A stretch of 64,000 nucleotides of DNA from Heteronotia binoei. Its lineage: Eukaryota. The notes below the pieces were generated by a model. That model saw only the letters and a list, made by a program, of their open reading frames with translations. It was not told where the DNA came from and ran no database searches. Below, piece after piece: positions 61,662 through 64,000 of this stretch (positions within the stretch are counted from its first letter, which is position 1; every line of letters begins with the position of its first letter). Location: NCBI RefSeq assembly GCF_032191835.1, contig NC_083243.1, positions 190,960,001 through 191,024,000 of the forward strand. The letters are read 5' to 3'. The position numbers and the translations under genes are program-made.

Positions 61662-62774
61662 ATCCTCCCTTATTTGCTGATTTTATCCACTGTGAAACTA
61701 CATCCAGTGAACATCTAGGGCAGTAATGATTTATAAAAGGTACTTATTGGCACTCAAATAATTATTTATTTTATTTCATGGTTTCTTTCATCGCTACCTC
61801 TTTATGAAAAGACAAATTACTGTGGAATTTAGACAGAGAGAGAGGTAAAATGAAGACTGAATAAACAAAGTCTTCTTTGAGTCTTCTTTGGTAATACCTT
61901 GCAACAAATAGGATCAAAGCATCTTTAAAAGAACATCAGATTGCAAACATCTCTTTCTCTCCCTGTCACACACAAATATGAATACCAATTCTTTCTTCCT
62001 CTGGAACCAATCTGTTCAAAACATGGTATACAAAAATACAATTAAAACAGTATAGATGGCTTGTTATATAGGGGCACCTTTAGAATTCTGACATGAGGTG
62101 GTCAGAGCAACTACAATGGCCTTCACAGGAGGCAAAGCCACAAACACAAAGAAGACCAAGTGCAGGGGACAAAAGGAGTCATTAGACACTGGGGGGGGGG
62201 GGGAATGAGTGTATGAGAGAATAAAACCAATGATGTGGTGACAGTTACTGCTGAAACAATATTACTTTTGTCTACACAGGCCATCAGGTCTCTCATGGCT
62301 AATCAGAACCCTTGCTGGGCAGGAGTCCCACCTGGTCCCACTCACTTTCTAAAAAAACATTTTTAAGCACCAGAGAAGATGCTGGAGGACTCCATGGTAC
62401 CCACAGGAACCATGCTGGGGCCCCAAGCATTATATAAAACAAGACACTTTCAGCTAGTGTTCTGCGATTTGCACTGGACTGCAGACTGTTCCCGTTAACA
62501 TGCAGCAGAGAAGTCATTCATTTTCCTGCTGTTGGCTGGGAAGTGCCACTTTCTTTCCTCTGGCAGAAGAAAGTGCTTTCTTCGCCCAAATTAAAGGCTG
62601 TGTCTGTCAGATAAATGACTATACAAGCAACAAGCTTTCTCAGCCCAGTAAGAACACAACATGTTTTTGAGAGCAACAGAAGACACGCTGATTGGCAAAG
62701 AAAAAAGTCAGCAACCAAACAATACATCACAGCCTTATGGCAACTTCAAGACTAATGGCATAAGGTATCATGAG

Positions 62775-62860
62775 CTCCTGCATCCAAAGAAGTGCTTTCT
62801 GGCTCACAAAAATTTATGTCACAATAAATTTGTTAGCCTTTCAGGTGCTACAAGACTTTT
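62775..62860 (+). mobile_element. Penelope-like element end fragment
   Basis: 'gaagtg..ggctcacaaaaatttatgtcacaataaatttgttagcctttcaggtgctacaagact' resembles my recollection of reptile Penelope termini. Confidence 0.5.
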
Positions 62861-63304
62861 AGGTTTGGATTCTATGACATTGTTCCCCTTGCACCTCTCT
62901 CCAGCAGCCACTGCAGAGAGTTTTCTCTGTTGCGGCACTTTCTTTGCAGCTAGCACTTCCATACGCATAAGAGCTCCATGGAAAACACTGATCTTGCACA
63001 TGCAGAAGTTCCAGCAGCAGAGGAAGTGAGTGCTGCAGCAGAGGAAAGTTGGTGCAGTAGCTGGAGAAAAGCACAAGGAGAATGAGGTCATACAACCTGA
63101 GCTTTTGCTTTGCAGCAATAACACAGCGAACCCCCCTGGAATTAGGGTTTTCTACCTAAACCATACACTGGTTTAACTACAGTGGTAATTGAGTCACCCT
63201 AAGTGCACACTGGAAACTGTAAAAATGGGAGGAAGAGACATTTGGGGTGCAGCCAGACGTACCATTAGTGGCAACACAGCTCCGTCTCACTGACGGATTA
63301 AATG

Positions 63305-63955
63305 TGTTCGTTCAGACATGCACATCTGGCAATCGAGCGTCATCCAGGGTCATCCCGGCTTGCTGCGGATCAATGCCGCATTAATTTGACAGCGCAGAAA
63401 GTCCGGTCCTTTTTCAAAAAAGCAGCACAAAATTGGCTTTTTCCTGTTTGGACAGCTCATGGGCAATACTGCTCCTTGGAATGTTTAATGCCCCTCCCAC
63501 CTTTTTTTTTTAAAAAAAGCCCCAGCAGACATGCACATTGCCAGATCATCCGGGAATCTGAGGTGACGCTTCTGCTTCTCCAATCAACACAGGATCGGAG
63601 GGGGGTGGGAACATTATTCCACTCTTCAGAACAGGAAAAAAAATCTTTTTTTTTCAATGTGGAGGATTTCCAGATATCATTGTCACTGCCAATTTCTAGG
63701 AAATTAATTTCTGGCAGTTCCCTGGTTTGAATCCGCAATGTTAATTCTGGAAATTTTCCCCCTTCCCCCCTGCCTCTGAAGCATTGTTTGATTTCCCACC
63801 TCCAAACAGTTGGGAGCATGTTCAATGGACCCCACCCCCTCCAAGAAATCAACATCTGATCACACATGCTCCAAGAAAAGAGCGTGATAGTTTTGGATGT
63901 GTGATCGCTCAACAACAGAATGAGTCGCATTCTTGGATGCTCGTCTGAACAGCCC
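63305..63955. mobile_element. Harbinger-like MITE
   Basis: GTTCAGAC ... GTCTGAACAGCC inverted termini, same style as 17465. Confidence 0.55.
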
Positions 63956-64000
63956 TGCATCGAATCAATATTCAGCGGTTCAAATTTCAGCGCTACACAT

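Overview
Repeat-dense window of a squamate reptile genome, most likely a gecko (Sauria SINE, Squam2/Squam3-like SINEs, CR1, L2, L1, RTE-X-like LINEs, hAT and Harbinger MITEs). I recognise no known host protein-coding gene. There is an unidentified short-intron spliced unit on + (about 8.7-9.8 kb) and a weak chain of candidate minus-strand exons. The core of interest is 33.8-49.8 kb, which holds two tyrosine-recombinase (YR) retroelements. (1) A 5'-truncated Ngaro-type element with an intact YR ORF, an intact SGNH/GDSL hydrolase ORF and B1-A2-B2 split direct repeats, inserted in an old hAT transposase. (2) A DIRS1-type element with complete ITR/ICR ends, inserted at an AA dinucleotide inside an L1 that has a 17-bp TSD. 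Its RT has been replaced by about 1.77 kb of unrelated host-like DNA, while the YR and methyltransferase-like domains remain open. All three elements (Ngaro, DIRS, L1) lack their RT. All calls come from reading the sequence by eye; boundaries marked ~ are approximate and no database search was run.
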